64,000 bases of DNA from the human T2T-CHM13v2.0 reference genome, Homo sapiens: assembly GCF_009914755.1 (NCBI RefSeq), contig NC_060929.1; one strand, given 5' to 3'. The translations under genes were made by a program, and so were the position numbers. Within the stretch, counting starts at the first letter, position 1, and each line of letters opens with the position of its first letter. This document shows, one piece after another, positions 12,783 through 28,030 of the stretch. The notes beneath the pieces were generated by a model, which worked only from the letters and a program-made list of their open reading frames with translations, searched no databases and was not told the origin of the DNA.

Positions 12783-14027
12783 AGCTTCTCAGTTTCTCAG
12801 ATGACTTATTAAATTGTCAGTGCTCCCAGGAGATAAGCAGATTTAAGTGCTGAGCTTACCTCTCTGGTCTTTCTTTCTTCTGTATCTTTACCTCATAATT
12901 TTTCATTGTTTTACTAGTTCCCTTGTGTTTTCAATTTTCCTCATTAGAGGGATGTTCCACATTACCGAGTCCAACATTGACAGAAACAGGAAGCCTAGTC
13001 TCAAATAATTTAATTATAAAACAAGTTTTGAATTTTACCTCGTCCTCATTAGAACTGGGATTGAGTCAGAAAATAATGCAAATATTGAAATATATGCTAG
13101 TTTCCAGTTATTTTTTAAACACAATAGAATGTGTGAGGCTTAACTTTTCACAAAAGTCAAAGCAATCATAAACTGTTAAATAACAGATTGCCGCATTTTA
13201 AGTTCTTATACCATTCTCACCCACCCATGTTAAACCTTCCAATTTACATGATAAAATCAGCCTCTATTTCAAAATGAACTTTTATGCTTGCAGAGAGAAG
13301 CAGAAAATCACTTTCACAATCCAGAAAAGGTCAATTCAGCACCACAAATGGAAAGGACAATAACTGATAACTGCTTATAATGCTCACACCTCAAGTGAAA
13401 AGCAATATCTAAAGAATACATTTTATGTAATTTTAAAACATCTATTGAGCAATTCCTGGCTATAAGACAGTATGCTAAGTTCTATAGTTGATTCACAAAG
13501 ATGAATGAGTCATAGTCTTTCCTATAGACAATTAAACATTTTTCAGAAATTTATAATTATCTATTATTCAAAGCAGAGTCCTACCTGATATTAAGATATA
13601 TATTATAAAGGGATAGTACAATACAAAAGTGTGTTGCTTGTCAGGAACAGGCAAATGACCCAATGAAACAAAAAAGAAAGCCCATTAAAAGACTCATAAT
13701 TCCCCGAAAACTTGGTATATAATGAGGTGACATCCCAAATCAATCTAGAAAGAAGGGGTTAGTCCATAAATTATCCTGGGACAAATGGCTTTCCACCTGA
13801 AAAACTGAAATTGATCTTGCACATCGAGTAGAATATATAAACCAAATGTAAAAAGTAAAATCACAAAGTTAATGAAAAAAATGAGAGAGAATGCCTTTGT
13901 GACTTAAATTAAGAATCTCTTAAATGAGACTTAAGAAAGCATAAACCCCCCCAAAAATTAATGGGTTTGTATCAATATTAAAGATTTCTGAATAACAACA
14001 GGAACCATCAATAGAGTTAACAGATGA

Positions 14028-14331
<304 letters not shown>

Positions 14332-14409
14332 TACAGATGAGTAACCTTCTACGAAAAGATATTTATGGCATCTAAAATGGACAAATGGTTAATAAACAGC
14401 ATATACGAG

Positions 14410-14720
14410 TAATCCCTTATTCAGGTCTCTACCCAAATATTACCGCCTCAGAGAAGACTTCCTTGAGTTTCTGAACACCGCTGCCTCCTTACTGTCTATT
14501 CCTTTAACTTACTTTATTTTTCTTCATAACACCTATCAAACCCCAACATCATATTATATGATTATTTGTTCATTGTTCTTTCCCTTCCCTAATAAATTCT
14601 AAGCTCTATGAGGTAAAGGGTTTTTATCTGTTTTGCTGAATTTATTGTCTTAGCACCTAGAACAATGCCTGACACACAGTACATGCTCAATAAAAATTTG
14701 TTAAAAGTGAGTGAACAAAC
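14410..14720 (+). mobile_element. L2 3' end
   Basis: GCACCTAGAACAATGCCTGACACACAGTACATGCTCAATAAAAATTTGTT is the L2 terminus. Confidence 0.8.
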
Positions 14721-15659
14721 TTCTGAAAATGGACAATCCCACAGAAAAGCATCAAAAGACAAGTATAGGCAATTCCAGGAGGGGGAAATCTAAATGGCAA
14801 ATATATGAGGAGATGGTTAGTCTGACATCAAAAAATGTAAATGAAAAGAAGCTTGAGAAAGCATTCTATGTCCACCAGATGGGCAAAAATTCAAAAGTCA
14901 GAAAATAAAAAGGGAAGTGAGCAAGTGGAACCTCCTAAACACTGCTAGTGGGAATGTAAATTGGTACAGCCATTCTGGAAAGTCATCTGAAAGCATTCAA
15001 TAAAACTGAGTGTGTACATATCCTACAACCCTAATTACCCCACTCCTGGATGTATAACCAGAATAACTCTCACACTGATCCAAGAGGGGTAATGTATGCA
15101 GATGTCTATGGAAGCATTGTTTGAGGTAGCAAAACACAGGAAACACTCTACATGTACTTTAGTAAAAGACTGAAACAATATAATATGGCAAGTGTATTCA
15201 ATGGAATATTATGCATCAGTCAGATGTAACAAACTAAATTTACACATAACACCATGGAAAGAGATGATTTTCGTTCCTTTTTCCTAATTAAAATAAAGTA
15301 ATAGAATATTTTAAATATAATGTATTATCTAAAGCCGGTAGACAAAATAAATGGCTCTCTGATGATTGCATAATTTTTCTGAGTCTGTGGCTCTTGGTAG
15401 GAAAAAGATTCCTTATTTCTCATAAATACTTTTTTTTTTTTTTTTTTTTTTTTTAGCAATTTTGGGAGCCTAACATCTACTCATCCTAATCAGTTTGTTT
15501 ATATTCAGGAGACTTATTTTCATCTGCAAATTCTGGTCAGTTTTAGAATCTGTTTAATATCTACCTTGGGGAATGAAGGGCTATCCAGTGCTGTTTCTGG
15601 ATCTTAATTCACATCGTAGCTTTGAAATTGACCAAAATTTACTACTTCAAGGTCTCTCC

Positions 15660-15785
15660 AACTGGGAATGTTGTTAAAATGCAAATTTGGATTCATTAGA
15701 TCTGGAAGGACCTGAGATTCCACATTTCTGAAAAGCTCTAAAGTATGGCTAATGCCATGGATTCTCAGACCACACTTTATGGAAG
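15660..15785. mobile_element. MER5 (hAT-Charlie) fragment
   Basis: TTGTTAAAATGCAAAT...CCTGAGATTCCACATTTCTGAAAAGCTC...GACCACACTTT. Confidence 0.65.
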
Positions 15786-15961
15786 GGGTTGTTCTTAGGG
15801 AAGCTGAGATCTCACCCAGGGTCCAGGACAATCCCTAGATTTATGTACATTTAGCAGAAGATTGCTGAAGGGGCATATGGGGAACTGTAATGTGTGGCTT
15901 GCTCCCCAGTGTCAGAGTGGGGAAAGATGAACATGTTACTCTAAAGAGCTCCTGTGTAGGA

Positions 15962-16183
15962 GGTACTGATGCTGGCTCACACCTGAGCCAACTGCATGCA
16001 TCTCATCCCAACTCCATGTTTAGTGATATCCCACTGGTATTAATAGCTTGAATCAATATTATTAATATTAATATCTTGAAATCAGTCTTGGGGTCAGTAT
16101 TTACACTATGAAAATTGGTGAATGCTACAATTTAGGGTTCTCTCCCCAACCCTGCAGAGAGCCAGTCTACCAGTATACCACTC
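15962..16183. mobile_element. MER63-like (hAT-Blackjack)
   Basis: CATCTCATCCCAACTCCATGTTTAGTGATATC...AGTATTTACACTATGAAAATTGGTGAATGCTACAA matches the recalled MER63A consensus. Confidence 0.7.
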
Positions 16184-18764
16184 TGACCAGTATTCAGTAG
16201 GAAGACCACTACAGATGACCTTGGTGTGGACCCTGAACAGCACAAGTGGGAACTATAATTTCCCACCATGGTTTCTGGCTGTGGTAAGAATCCAATTTTA
16301 GAAGAATCAAATAATAACCACCTCTGACAGAGAAACAGAGAGAGTTACATGGGAAAATAGAAAATAGGGCTTTAAAAAGAAAGTTCATTTCCCTACATCC
16401 ATGTTCCTCACTCCAAGCATGTGTAGGCCAACAGTAAAGGAACATTACACTTGCAGCAAGGGGTCTGCAGCAGGAGCTGATGAACTTTTAAAAACAAATT
16501 TGTCATTTTAAGTATTCATATTAAAGTCAGGAAGGGAAAAATAGAGAAAATATATTATTTAGAACAGGAACACTTTCATTAAAGAATTAGTAAATCTTTA
16601 GTGTTAGCTAAGAGCACAGAGGAATCAGTGCAGTAACTGGGTAGTTGAGTTCCTATTAAGAAATTCCTACTAAGAAATCGCTTCAACTTATATTTAATGG
16701 GTTTAGACAAATTCTGTGCATTTTGGGGGGCCATATTTTCCTAGCTTGTAATGTAAGACTAAAAATAGCTTTCGCTCATCTCACCTCCTCACAAGTTCCA
16801 TAGCATGTTGGGATAATAAATTAGGTTGAAATGAAAGTTAGGAAATATCTGAAAATGACTTTGATTTAGAAATAAATGCCTATGTACTAGTTATTATTAC
16901 CTGCAGTCAGAGACTCATGTCTTCCTTGGGTAGATTCAGTCCTAATAAAGCCCAATTGGAAAGTATAGTAAGTATGTAAAAGAAGTAAAGGCTATGGAAA
17001 TCTCAGTGAGCCACCGCAGGAATGAGAAAAGAGACTGACTAACATCCCTCATCCCAATGATGTGTTGTCATCATTGTTACACTCGTATATTACACAAAAA
17101 AGTCCTATATTATAGCCACTAGCTGTGTAATTAATGTCTGTTCAGTGGCCAGCTCAGGGCTTTCATTGCTTCTTCTAGGCATTTATTAAATTAATATTTG
17201 CAAACATTTTAGGAGGTTGAACTTTGAGATGCCTTTTCAAGGAACCAGTCTTGTCACATATAATTTATATTCAGATTCAAAATTATAGAAAAACAGCAGT
17301 TACAAGAGGCATAAAATATAATCTTAAGTTTGCTAAAAGTAAAAGTAAATGGTAATCATATGTGCCTTCAAAAATATGGGAGACTATTTAACAAATTATT
17401 TCTATGGCTCTCTCAGGATGCTGGGATTATGGATGATACTGATTTTCTTTTATATATTTTGCTTCTTTTTCTAAATTTTAAAAAATAAAGATTTATTATC
17501 AGAACAAAAACCCACACTCTTTTTTGGGGGGGGTCAGTTTTCCATGTTTAAATCTGACACTTTCAACAACATTTCATAAGACCTCAGATTTATAAGGCAA
17601 CACCTTCAGAAAGAGTTAGGGCATGTAATTTGATTGTTCTTCCGTACTGCCAGAGAATTTTATATCTGGGATATATTTTGAAGCATCAACTAAAGCTTGT
17701 AGAGCCCCATAGCTCTACAAGAAGCTTTTGCTTAAATGATGAATTGACATTTTAGAATAAGCTGATTTGTCGAGTCACAGTTGAAAGTGAAGATTTTCTA
17801 TCTTACTCTCCAGCACTTCGTCTTCTGGTTCATTCTGCTTCTTTCTGTTCCTAAAATCCTGTAACTTGCACAGGCATGGCTTGCCAGCTGGAACTAGAGT
17901 TATGGCAAACTAAGCATTGACATCATCTGGCCAAACACGGAGCCAAGGAAATGAACATGCCTAATATATGTGTATCCTGATTTACTTTGGAACACTATTC
18001 TATGGCTCAGAAAAAGTCAGTTGTACTTTTCCACATTACATCCCAAAACCCACATACCACTGGCCAAAGAAGAGAGTGTTACAAATGGTAAGGAAAGACA
18101 GGAAAATCCACCATATCATCTGTACTCTGAACTGTCTGATTAGGGAAAGATCATGTCTTTGGTATTATGTTTAGAATATTTTAATTGCAGAATTTCCATT
18201 CTAGACTATGTGAATTCACCTGCTTGTAATTTGCATTTTACAAAAAGAATCTGTAGCCCCTTAGGAGACATTACTTCCTTAATCCTCCCTATGGTCCTCT
18301 GGGAGAGATGGGGTCAGGCATGTTAGGGAAGAGAAAGCAGAAATTAGGCTTTCTCTTAGGAACTCTATTTAGAGGCTTGGACCCCAGTTCAGAAAGGAAC
18401 ATGAGCTCCTGAGTCCATTGCTGGGGTTCCTGCACCGGGGAACCCCTCAGGGAAGTAGCTCCTTTACTTCAGCACACCCCGTTTCTGATCCATACAGTGG
18501 ATTTAAGGGATCTTCTGGTAGAAGCTCCACTGTTCATCAGTCTCTTTCCCCATAATTTCTTTAACTCCCCAGCATATTCTCAAATCCCTTTTGAATTTAG
18601 CTCAAACATATAAACTATTTTGTTTGGTCCCCTAGTGTTGACTTGTGATTTTCAGGCTCTTTATTCAAATTGAAAAAAAAAAATTATTTAACACAGGGAT
18701 GGTATTTTATGATTTCTGCCACTATTCACAGCACCTGCCTAGCACAGCATAATGTACACCCTAT

Positions 18765-18876
18765 CCTCCACCTATCTCATCCTCCACCTTCTCATACCTC
18801 CACCTGTCTCATCCTCTACCTTCTCATACCTCCACCTATCTAATCCTTCACCTTCTCATACCTCCACCTATCTCAT
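18765..18876. repeat. Tandem repeat of seven 16-mers alternating two variants (32-bp period)
   Basis: CCTCCACCTATCTCAT alternates with CCTCCACCTTCTCATA; read directly from the sequence. Confidence 0.9.
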
Positions 18877-18879
18877 CCT

Positions 18880-19080
18880 TCTCTTCTCCTTCACCCAGCA
18901 TTATTTTCTGATTTGTACTTATTGCTTATTGTGTGTCTTCCCCCCACTAAAATGTAACTTCCTTGAGGCAGGGGCTTTCTCTCTTTGGTTCATTGCTGAA
19001 TCCCCAATGCCTAGCCTAGAATAGGGCTTGGTACAGTGGAGGTCCTCAATAAATATTCACTGAAGGAAAGGACGAATGCT
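18880..19080 (+). mobile_element. L2 3' end
   Basis: CCCCCACTAAAATGTAACTTCCTTGAGGCAGGG...CTCAATAAATATTCACTGAA. Confidence 0.8.
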
Positions 19081-20857
19081 TAAAGGAGGTGTTCAGTAAA
19101 TGCAGTATGTAGGATGTATATTTTTGTTATAACTGATTGTTGGGAGCTGGTTCTCCAGTTACTCTGCTCGGATGTCTTTTTTTTTTTTTTATCTTGCTTG
19201 CAGAGTAACCAAGCAAAAGATCACAATTGATAGCTTTGGGGTTTACAGAGATGATGAGCCCATTTTTAATGGAGACTAGATGAAGGAGGGCAGAGGAAAG
19301 TCAGTTGAATTTCATATTTAGAGGATACACGTTTCCTGGCATTGAAGAAAGCTGTCAGCCCAAACAATTCAGAAAAATGTACCACCTAATAGAGGGGTCA
19401 GAGGGAGGTGCCACTGAGATGCAAATAGGGAATCAAGCACTTTGCATTTCCTCAGGTTTAAAGAACCTTAGCACAGGCTGCACCTGCAGGATACTTGAGG
19501 TGAAGAAACTGGAGTGCAGGGAGATGAATTTACTCAATGTTGCCCAGTGACATAACATCAGAGCTGACTTCCAGTCAATGCAGTATACACAATACTCTCT
19601 AAGAAGTATTAATTTAAAAATAAATCTATTGGTATCCCACACCTAGAAAGCTTCTGTGGTTTCTCTCAATCCAAAAAGTATCTTAGTTTTACAGCGTCAC
19701 TGATCATATAGAATTGAGTGCAGCATTTTGAACAAGCTTCTGGTTGCATCAGCTCAAACTAGGTTATACCTTGGTTTAGGTAAGTGAAGCAAACCTTATA
19801 GGAAGACAAAAGTTCCTAACTCACAGAACACTTAAGTAGAAATCAGTTTGTTCCAGCAGATACTTAAATTGCCTACAGCCTATGAGTACACGCATAATCA
19901 TCATGCAGGAGTGCTCTTCAGGGCCCCAGCTTTGAGCCTCTCTCTTAAAAAGCTGAGCAGGGCTTGAATCTGTCACTTCCTACCAGGCTGACAGCTTGAG
20001 GGCTGCTTACTGACAAGGAGCAGGGCAGAAATGCTGTGCAGGTGACCTGTACAGGCCTTGAATTAAGAGTGAAGCTCTCCTTCTCTATTGAGAGCTCATG
20101 GTAATCCTTCTCCTTAGAATGGCTCTCTGACCACCTCTTCTCTTATAGGCTGTGCATGTGATCAGAAAACACCGTGAAGCCAAGTGACTTAGAAACAAAT
20201 TAAAACTTCCTTTCCTACAACTTGAATCAAATTAATACTCTTTGTGGGTACTGTATTATGGAAATATAGACTTTGACATTATCAGTTTATTCAGGATAAG
20301 ACTGCCTAGAAATGTGTCTACCTAGAAATTTGGAACAACAGTTAGCAGCCAGGTACTGCTCACTGTCACCTAAATGTTCTTTTTCGTCTCCTCCACATTT
20401 ACTCTTGTTATCCAACCTTTTATCTTTATTTCATTTCCCTTCCGCCCTTCCTTTCTCCCTCTCATCCTTCCTTTCTCCCTCCCTGCCTCCTTTCCTGCCT
20501 TTCTTCCTCCCTCCCTCTCTCCCTCATCCTCTTTATTCTCCTCTCCTCCCTGGATCCTAGGCCTGCCAATGACACTCACAGTCATTGCTTAGTTCTCTCC
20601 TGGGCAGACAGGGCTGAAAGAAGTTCCTGACCCCTTCCCTAGCACAGTTCTCAAGATGTTCTTCAACAGGTAGTTTCTTTATTCAAATGAAGATAATATT
20701 TAAGGCTATTGTATTAGTCCCCTATTGCTGCTCTAACCAATTACCACAAACTTGATGGCTTAAAACAATACAAATGGATGATTTTATTTCTGAAAGAAGT
20801 CCTAGAAGTCAAGATATCAGCAGGGCTGAGCTCTTTCTGGAGACTCTGTTTCCTTGC

Positions 20858-21277
20858 TATATTAGTCTATTCTCGCATTGCTATAAAGAAATAGCTGAGA
20901 CTGGGCAATTTATAAAGAAATGAGGTTTAATTAGCTCATGATTCTGCAGGCTGTACAGAAAGCATGATGCTGGCATCTGCTCGGTTTCTGGGGACACCTC
21001 AGGAAACTTACAATCATGACAGAAGGTGAAGGCGGGGCCAGCACTTTACATGGCCAGAGTGGAGGAAAAGAAGATGGGGGACATGCTACAGACTTTTAAA
21101 CAAAAAAATCTCCTGAGAACTCACTATCATGAGAACAGCACCAAGGAGTTGGTGCTAAATCATTCATGAAGGATCCACCCACCATGATGCAATCAACTCC
21201 TGCCAGTCCCCACCTCCAACACTGGTGATTACAATTCAACAAAAGATTTGGGTGGGGACAACATCCAAACCATATCA
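20858..21277 (-). mobile_element. MSTA LTR
   Basis: TATATTAGTCTATTCTCGCATTGCTATAAAGAAAT...CCAAACCATATCA; 5-bp TSD CTTGC/CTTAC. Confidence 0.9.
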
Positions 21278-21512
21278 CTTACCTTTTTCAGCTTCTGGTG
21301 GCCATCAGCATTCCTGGCTCATAGTCCCTTCATTCATGTTAGAAGTCAGTGATGCAGCATCTTCAAACCTCTTCCATCTCTGGCCTCTGCTTCCATCGTC
21401 ACATCTCCTCTGACTCTGACCCTCCTGCCTCCTCTTTATAGAGACCACTGTGATTACATTGGGCCCACCCAGATAATCCAGGAAATCTCCTCATCTCAAT
21501 TCCTTACCTTAA

Positions 21513-21884
<372 letters not shown>

Positions 21885-22079
21885 CATTATTCTTTATACC
21901 ACAGCTGTGAAGCCAGTGATCCCAGAAGCAAGTCACTGGCTTGAACATTCTCATTCAAAGAACAATCAGCCTTAGATCCTCTTGTGGGAATGAGCTTAGT
22001 TTCCCAAAACAAAACTAATAAATAAACGGGCACGGTCTTCTGGGTGAATTGTAGTCTAAAAATGATTTGGTTTAGAGAA

Positions 22080-22330
22080 AGTTGGAGCAATGGCATGGTC
22101 GAGCAGAGCTTCAGCATACACCAGGCTCAGGGTTTAAAGCCCAGCTGTCACACTTGCTATAGGACCTTGGGTATGTTTGTTTAATTATAAGCAAACATTT
22201 ATTTTCTTAATTATAAGATGGGATTAATAACTCTTCCCTCATAGGGTTATAGGATTAAATAAAATTACATATATAATAATACTTAGTATGATGCCTGGTC
22301 CATAGATAATGCTTCATAAGAGTTATTTCT
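22080..22330 (+). mobile_element. MIR
   Basis: GACCTTGGGTATGTT...TAAGATGGGATTAATAAC...CTCATAGGGTT...CTTAGTATGATGCCTGG. Confidence 0.7.
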
Positions 22331-22699
22331 TTTAACTCCTTCCTTAGTGATTAGACTGAAGGTCAAGAATGTAATTACAGTATGGCCAAAAGTAATTAGG
22401 TTGAGAGTAATAAAATAGATGTTGAGCAATGATATTTTAAAGTAAACTCAGAGGACACACCCACACAATCTAATGGGGACTGACAAAATCTATTTCTTCT
22501 CATCTGGCTTTAGTCTAATTACATTTTATGTGTCCAAATTGAATGAGGCTGTGTAAAGGAAAACCTGACCTGTCTCATGCTTACGCTTGAAGAGTTGTAG
22601 AAACCAATTGGAATTTCTGCCATTCCCAAATTTGATTGAAACATATGATCTCGGGATTCAATCAGTCTTTAGGTATCATCCAGAACAATCTTCCAACAA

Positions 22700-23310
22700 T
22701 GTCAGCATTCTTTGCTTGTCTTTGCTCAAACATTTTCCAAAGAGAATTTCTCTGCCTTTTGAAGTAGTTCATTGCATTGTTAGCCAGTTCTCACTAGAAA
22801 GTTTCTCCTTATTTTTAGCCAAAAAGCTAATTTCCTAAAGTTTCTATATTTTGATTCTAATTCTGTCCTCTAAATTTATAAAAACTTAATACAATTGTCA
22901 TATAACAATTTTACAGATGTACCCACTCTGACTCTTTTCATCTCTAAGTTAAAATTCTAAACTTTCTTCAACCATTTGTTGTTTACTATTGTTTTCAGGT
23001 CTTTCTAAATCTCCTAGTTGCCCTTCTCATTGTTCTCTGATTTATCAATGTCTCTCCCAAATTGGGTCACCCAGAGCTAAACAGAGTATTCGAGATGTGA
23101 TTATATTCATGCACAATATGTGAAACATTTATTTTTGTTGGATCTGGATTATATGTCGATTGATGAATTCTGATTGCATCAGTTTTGTTCAAAGTAGTCA
23201 CATAAGACTGTCATTTGGCTAATTACAAGCTTATAGTCAATCAAATCCCCAGGTTCTTTGTAAATAAGCATTTGTTTCCCCCATTCTTACCTGTTCAATT
23301 GATCTATTAT
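22700..23310 (-). mobile_element. L3/CR1 LINE remnant
   Basis: CCCAGAGCTAAACAGAGTATTCGAGATGTG and AGCTTATAGTCAATCAAATCCCCAGG resemble antisense CR1 RT-region motifs; very diverged. Confidence 0.55.
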
Positions 23311-23544
23311 AATGTTTGTTGTACAAGCAGTGTTCCAAAATGATAGATAACAAGGAAATAAGTGACCCAGAATCTTACTAACATGACATCAGCAATTTTC
23401 AGTTGTCCATGTTCTCACACATATGCTTATGTAAATTTTATATAGTTTTCATCATAACCTAGATAACATTTCATACCCTGACTTTAAAGTGTAATATATT
23501 AACATTTTCCCAAACTACTACACTATCTTTTATAATTATGTCTA

Positions 23545-23804
23545 CCCAGGCTGGAGTGCAGTGGCATAACCATAGCTCATTGCAGCCTTGAACTCCTGGG
23601 TTCAGGAAGTCCTCCTGCTTCAGCCTCCTGAGTAGCTAGGACTATGGTAGCATGCCACCATGCCCAGCTAATTTTTTAATTTTTTGAGGAGACAGGGTTT
23701 CACTATGTTGCTCAAGCTGGTCTCAAACTCCTGGCCTCAGGCAATTCTCCTGCCTTGGTCTCCCAAAGCACTGATATTACAGATGTGAGCCATTGCATCT
23801 GGCC
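23545..23804 (-). mobile_element. AluJ, tail end missing
   Basis: CATAGCTCATTGCAGCCTTGAACTCCTGGG and other J-type diagnostics. Confidence 0.9.
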
Positions 23805-25028
23805 CTCCCTGTAATTATATATTAAAATAGCTGCATTAAATTCCATAGTAAGATGTATCATATTTATCCAACCATTCCCTGTCTTGGACAGGGAATTGAG
23901 GTTGTTCTATCATTTTACATAAAATTTTTTCCTTTGGGGGATTTTAATATGGTCCTTGAAATTAAATGACTCCTTGGGCCAAAAATCATAATTTTATATT
24001 ACTCTGTTTTAAATTTCCTCCTTTTTAGTTTTATTCCTGGTCCAGATTTCTATGAGATGGCTTTTCTAATCCCCTTCCTCCTTTTCACCTAACATCATCT
24101 TTCAATTCAGAACAAATATAGTAGAGAGTAAGTAAGACAAGACCCTGAGACTTTAAGCTTTAATATCCACTTTAATTCCTTCAGGGAGCTCTTGACTATC
24201 TCATACTCATGTAACAACCTCTATCAGTGCCAGCCTAAGAGCTCCTATTTCAGGGGCAAATAGGAAAGCCATCCCTATCGCAAATATTCCTTTCATACTG
24301 ACCAGCTGATGCCTGCAATTAGTGGAGGCCAAATTTTGTAAGTTAGTTGGAGGCAGGCTGTGTGTCGCTTTCATGTACTGTGTTCCTAATTAGTCATTGG
24401 AGGATCTCAGTGAATATTTATTAGTAGAAGGAATGAAAGAATACAGTATAATTAAAGATAAGACTTAACAATTTAAATCAGCCTGGGGGAGATACCACTT
24501 CATTCACACTAATGAGTAAATTGCTGGTATTAGTTATTTCCCTGGGAACAGGTTTTACTATAAGGAAGAAAGTGTAGGAAGCACTCCAGTTCTGTTTGAG
24601 AGAAGAAAGTGATGGGCTTGGGACACCTAAAAAAAAAAATTATAATTTTGCCTATGGCCAGCCTTGTACTTTATAAACCTATCTATTAGTGCTATTACTA
24701 ACCACAGAGACTTGTAACTTGTAGGGCCTGTAGATTCTGCATTATAAAATATATGAGATGCTTTTGTAGCCTTCTATGTATGATTTCTGACGGGCCTGTT
24801 TAACTTGGGCTGATGCTATTAAGTAACTGAACCTGCCTTTGATGTTACTACAGAAATGTCTAGGGGTGGAGGTAAGACAATGGGTAAAAGTAAAGACTTG
24901 GTAGTGTGTATGTGTATAAAGCTCTACTACTTCTTGCTAAAGATCCAGCAGGGTGTAGATGGTAGATTGGTATCCTTTCCTGACATTCTTCACTCAAGTC
25001 AGGATCTGACCTAGGTGGGAAGGAATAT

Positions 25029-25135
25029 TAGGGTGACCAATTGTCTGAATTTGCCCAGGATTCTCCAAGTTTTAATACTGAAAGTTCCACGTCCAGGAGC
25101 CCCTCAGTCCTGGCATAATGGAGACAACTACCCAG
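25029..25135. mobile_element. MER81 (hAT-Blackjack MITE)
   Basis: TAGGGTGACCAATTGTC...ACTGAAAGTTCCACGTCC...CCCCTCAGTCC. Confidence 0.7.
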
Positions 25136-26039
25136 TCCAGGAGCTGTCAGCAGTTTGATTCTCTGAGAATTAAGTTGAAAAGGGGCAAAATATTCCCAGA
25201 TTTTTAGATTGTATGGCTATGCCCCTTGGCATGGTCTATGGAGGGACCGTGCTACGGCAGATTAACTCATTTATACTTCCATTCATATTTGCATGAGTAT
25301 GTTCACCAAAGCATCACTTAGAACTTGTTCTGAAATTAGAGGACAGCTGATAGGAATATTCTGATGGGCCCAGGGAAGTGAGTATATGTCTGGGAGTGAT
25401 GCTGTAGTGGGTACCTCAGTGGCACTTTCTGTCCAACCAGAGCAGTAAGAGACAATAGGTCCCTTGAAAAAGAATGGAAAGGCACCAGTTATTTATAATT
25501 CAACTTATGATTTGTGTTGATTCATCTTTAGTTTCCAGAATAGAGACACTCTCCAAGTTACAAACTTAGACTTTTCAACATTCATATAATTAGTGGGACG
25601 CTGCTTTTCCTCTTGCCTCAGAACAGCCACACGGCCCCAGCATTTGGGTCTCATTTATTAGAGCATCACAAGCTGTGCTGGGTTGGAAACATCTCCTGGT
25701 GGTGGATTCATGTCTTTATCCTCTTTTTTTGTTCTCTTTTGTTTTTTGATATCCACAGATTAACTCATTACCTCTCCTATACACACATGTTGTTTTTTAA
25801 CTTTCCCCTCTTCCCCTCATTTTCTAGTCATCTCAGAAAAAATTTTCTTTTGCCATGTTATCCTCTTTTTCCCATCCTGTTTGCCTTTTACAAGTATCTA
25901 CGTTCATATGTGTGTGTTTATATGTACGAATATATGTGTGTACACACACAGATATCTGTATCCTTGTAGCCTGCTTAGATACACCTGTTTCAAATAAAAA
26001 CGAGGGGCAGAGATTTCAGTTAAATGTATTATAGTAAAA

Positions 26040-26358
<319 letters not shown>

Positions 26359-27159
26359 TTATAATAAAAGCTCAGAACCTTCCATTTCTAGAGCACTTGG
26401 AAGTGCTTGAAAGATTTCCTTCATAATTTTTACAAAAATTTTACCAAAAAAATATTATTCATCTGCTCCTTTGCTTTCTACTAATTTAACCATCCCTTTC
26501 TCAAACATGGTATTCAAAATGATAGAAGAAATAATTTCCTACTCATATTTTCTTGTTTTCTTTTTAGAAAATGATAGGTAGCATTGTAGTAGCACTATTT
26601 TCTATTTTTTGTTCTAAATCTAAGGCATATGCATCAATATTAGATGTTAAGGCTTTATGCAGTATATGAAAATGTAAGCACTATTTTATTAGCTATCATT
26701 AGAAACAGAGGGAAAACAGGTGTTGAGGTGGTCTATAGAATGCTTCTAGATGTTTGGGGTAATAACAGGGACAAGCACATCAGGATTTTGTGCTGTGGGC
26801 CTTTATTTGTTATGGGAGAGGCCTCAGAAGTCTTTAGAAAGAGACCTCAACCTCAGACGTGCTCGGAAATACAGCAGAGAGTCCCAGCATGTTCTAGCAA
26901 GTTTTATTATACTCCAGGGAGTTCCAGCCTGAGACCATCACTGAGGGTGCTACTAAGAGGATATCAGTCCTGCGTGAGCAAGAAGTGATCAGAATTGTGG
27001 ATCTGTCCTGCAAGCACAACGTCTCCCAGCCCATAAGGAAGGAAGGGGCATTTGTCTTGCCCTTGCAGCTGAATCTGCTTTCCCGGGATCCTGACTGTTG
27101 GAATGAGGAGGATAGTTCTAGGCCATCGGAGTTCCAAACAAAGACTTAAATTACATTTG

Positions 27160-28030
27160 TATGCCAGAGACTTCTTGCGTTTTATGAAGGTCTTTTCATT
27201 AAATCACATAGCAAACCTGTAAAACACAGCTATTATCACTATTTTATGGATGCTAAGTAATTTGCCCAAGTTAATAGTATATTTGACTTCTTTCTCTCCC
27301 TCAGCTCCAAAGAATCAAAGCCCTGTTGATTTTTCCTTCAATATGCTATGCGTGCTCATCACTCCCCTGCCATTGTCACACCATCAACCCTGTTCCCAGC
27401 CAGTGTCACTTCATGCCTACTCCCTGCAATCACCTCCTAACCACTCTCCTGTCTCCAGCCTGCCTTGGCATCAGGACATCTGAATAGCCAAACATTGCTG
27501 CTAGGGTTCAATGTTAGAGTCAATGTCATGAAACTGCTTTAGCTATGTCACTTCCCTATTCAAATTGTTCAATGACACCTCCACCCCCATCCCTCTACAG
27601 GATAACGAACAAACTCTTCAGCTTGACATCCACCGTCTTCCGTGATATTTCCTCAGCCTACTTTTTCAGCTTTAGTTCCTCTCACCCTGTGTGACAGTCA
27701 AACTCTTTGTATCTTAAACAATTCTTACCCTCCATGTCCACACTTCTGCTTATCGTGTTTCCCCACCTGAAATTCTACCTCTCCTTGCAGATATCCTCAT
27801 GTTTCCCTGAAAAGCCACACTTAGGGTCTATACCACCCCACTGCTATTAATCTGTAGAGCCAGGTGACATCTTTTTTGTTTCTCTTTAATGTTGTTACTT
27901 TATTCTTTATGGTTATTAACTTTTCATGAATTTCCTTATTTTTCATGTTTTCTCAGTTATATAGGCAACTTGGAGGCAAAAACCATGTTTTCAACTATTT
28001 TGATGTAGAAAGATAATATTTTGAAATATT
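27160..28030. mobile_element. MIR (-, about 27160-27285) followed by degenerate L2 (+)
   Basis: GCTAAGTAATTTGCCCAAG (MIR); CAATCACCTCCTAACCACTCTCCTGTCTCCAG and CTACAGGATAACGAACAAACTCTTCAGCTTGACAT (L2). Confidence 0.65.

Noticed and set aside
13335-13346. TTCAGCACCAC, left half of an RE1/REST site
   Set aside because: The right half (GGACAG) is absent.
26915-27150. Stop-free frame of about 77 codons after a TACTCCAG acceptor-like site (EFQPETITEG...)
   Set aside because: No recognisable homology and no neighbouring exons; the length is compatible with chance.
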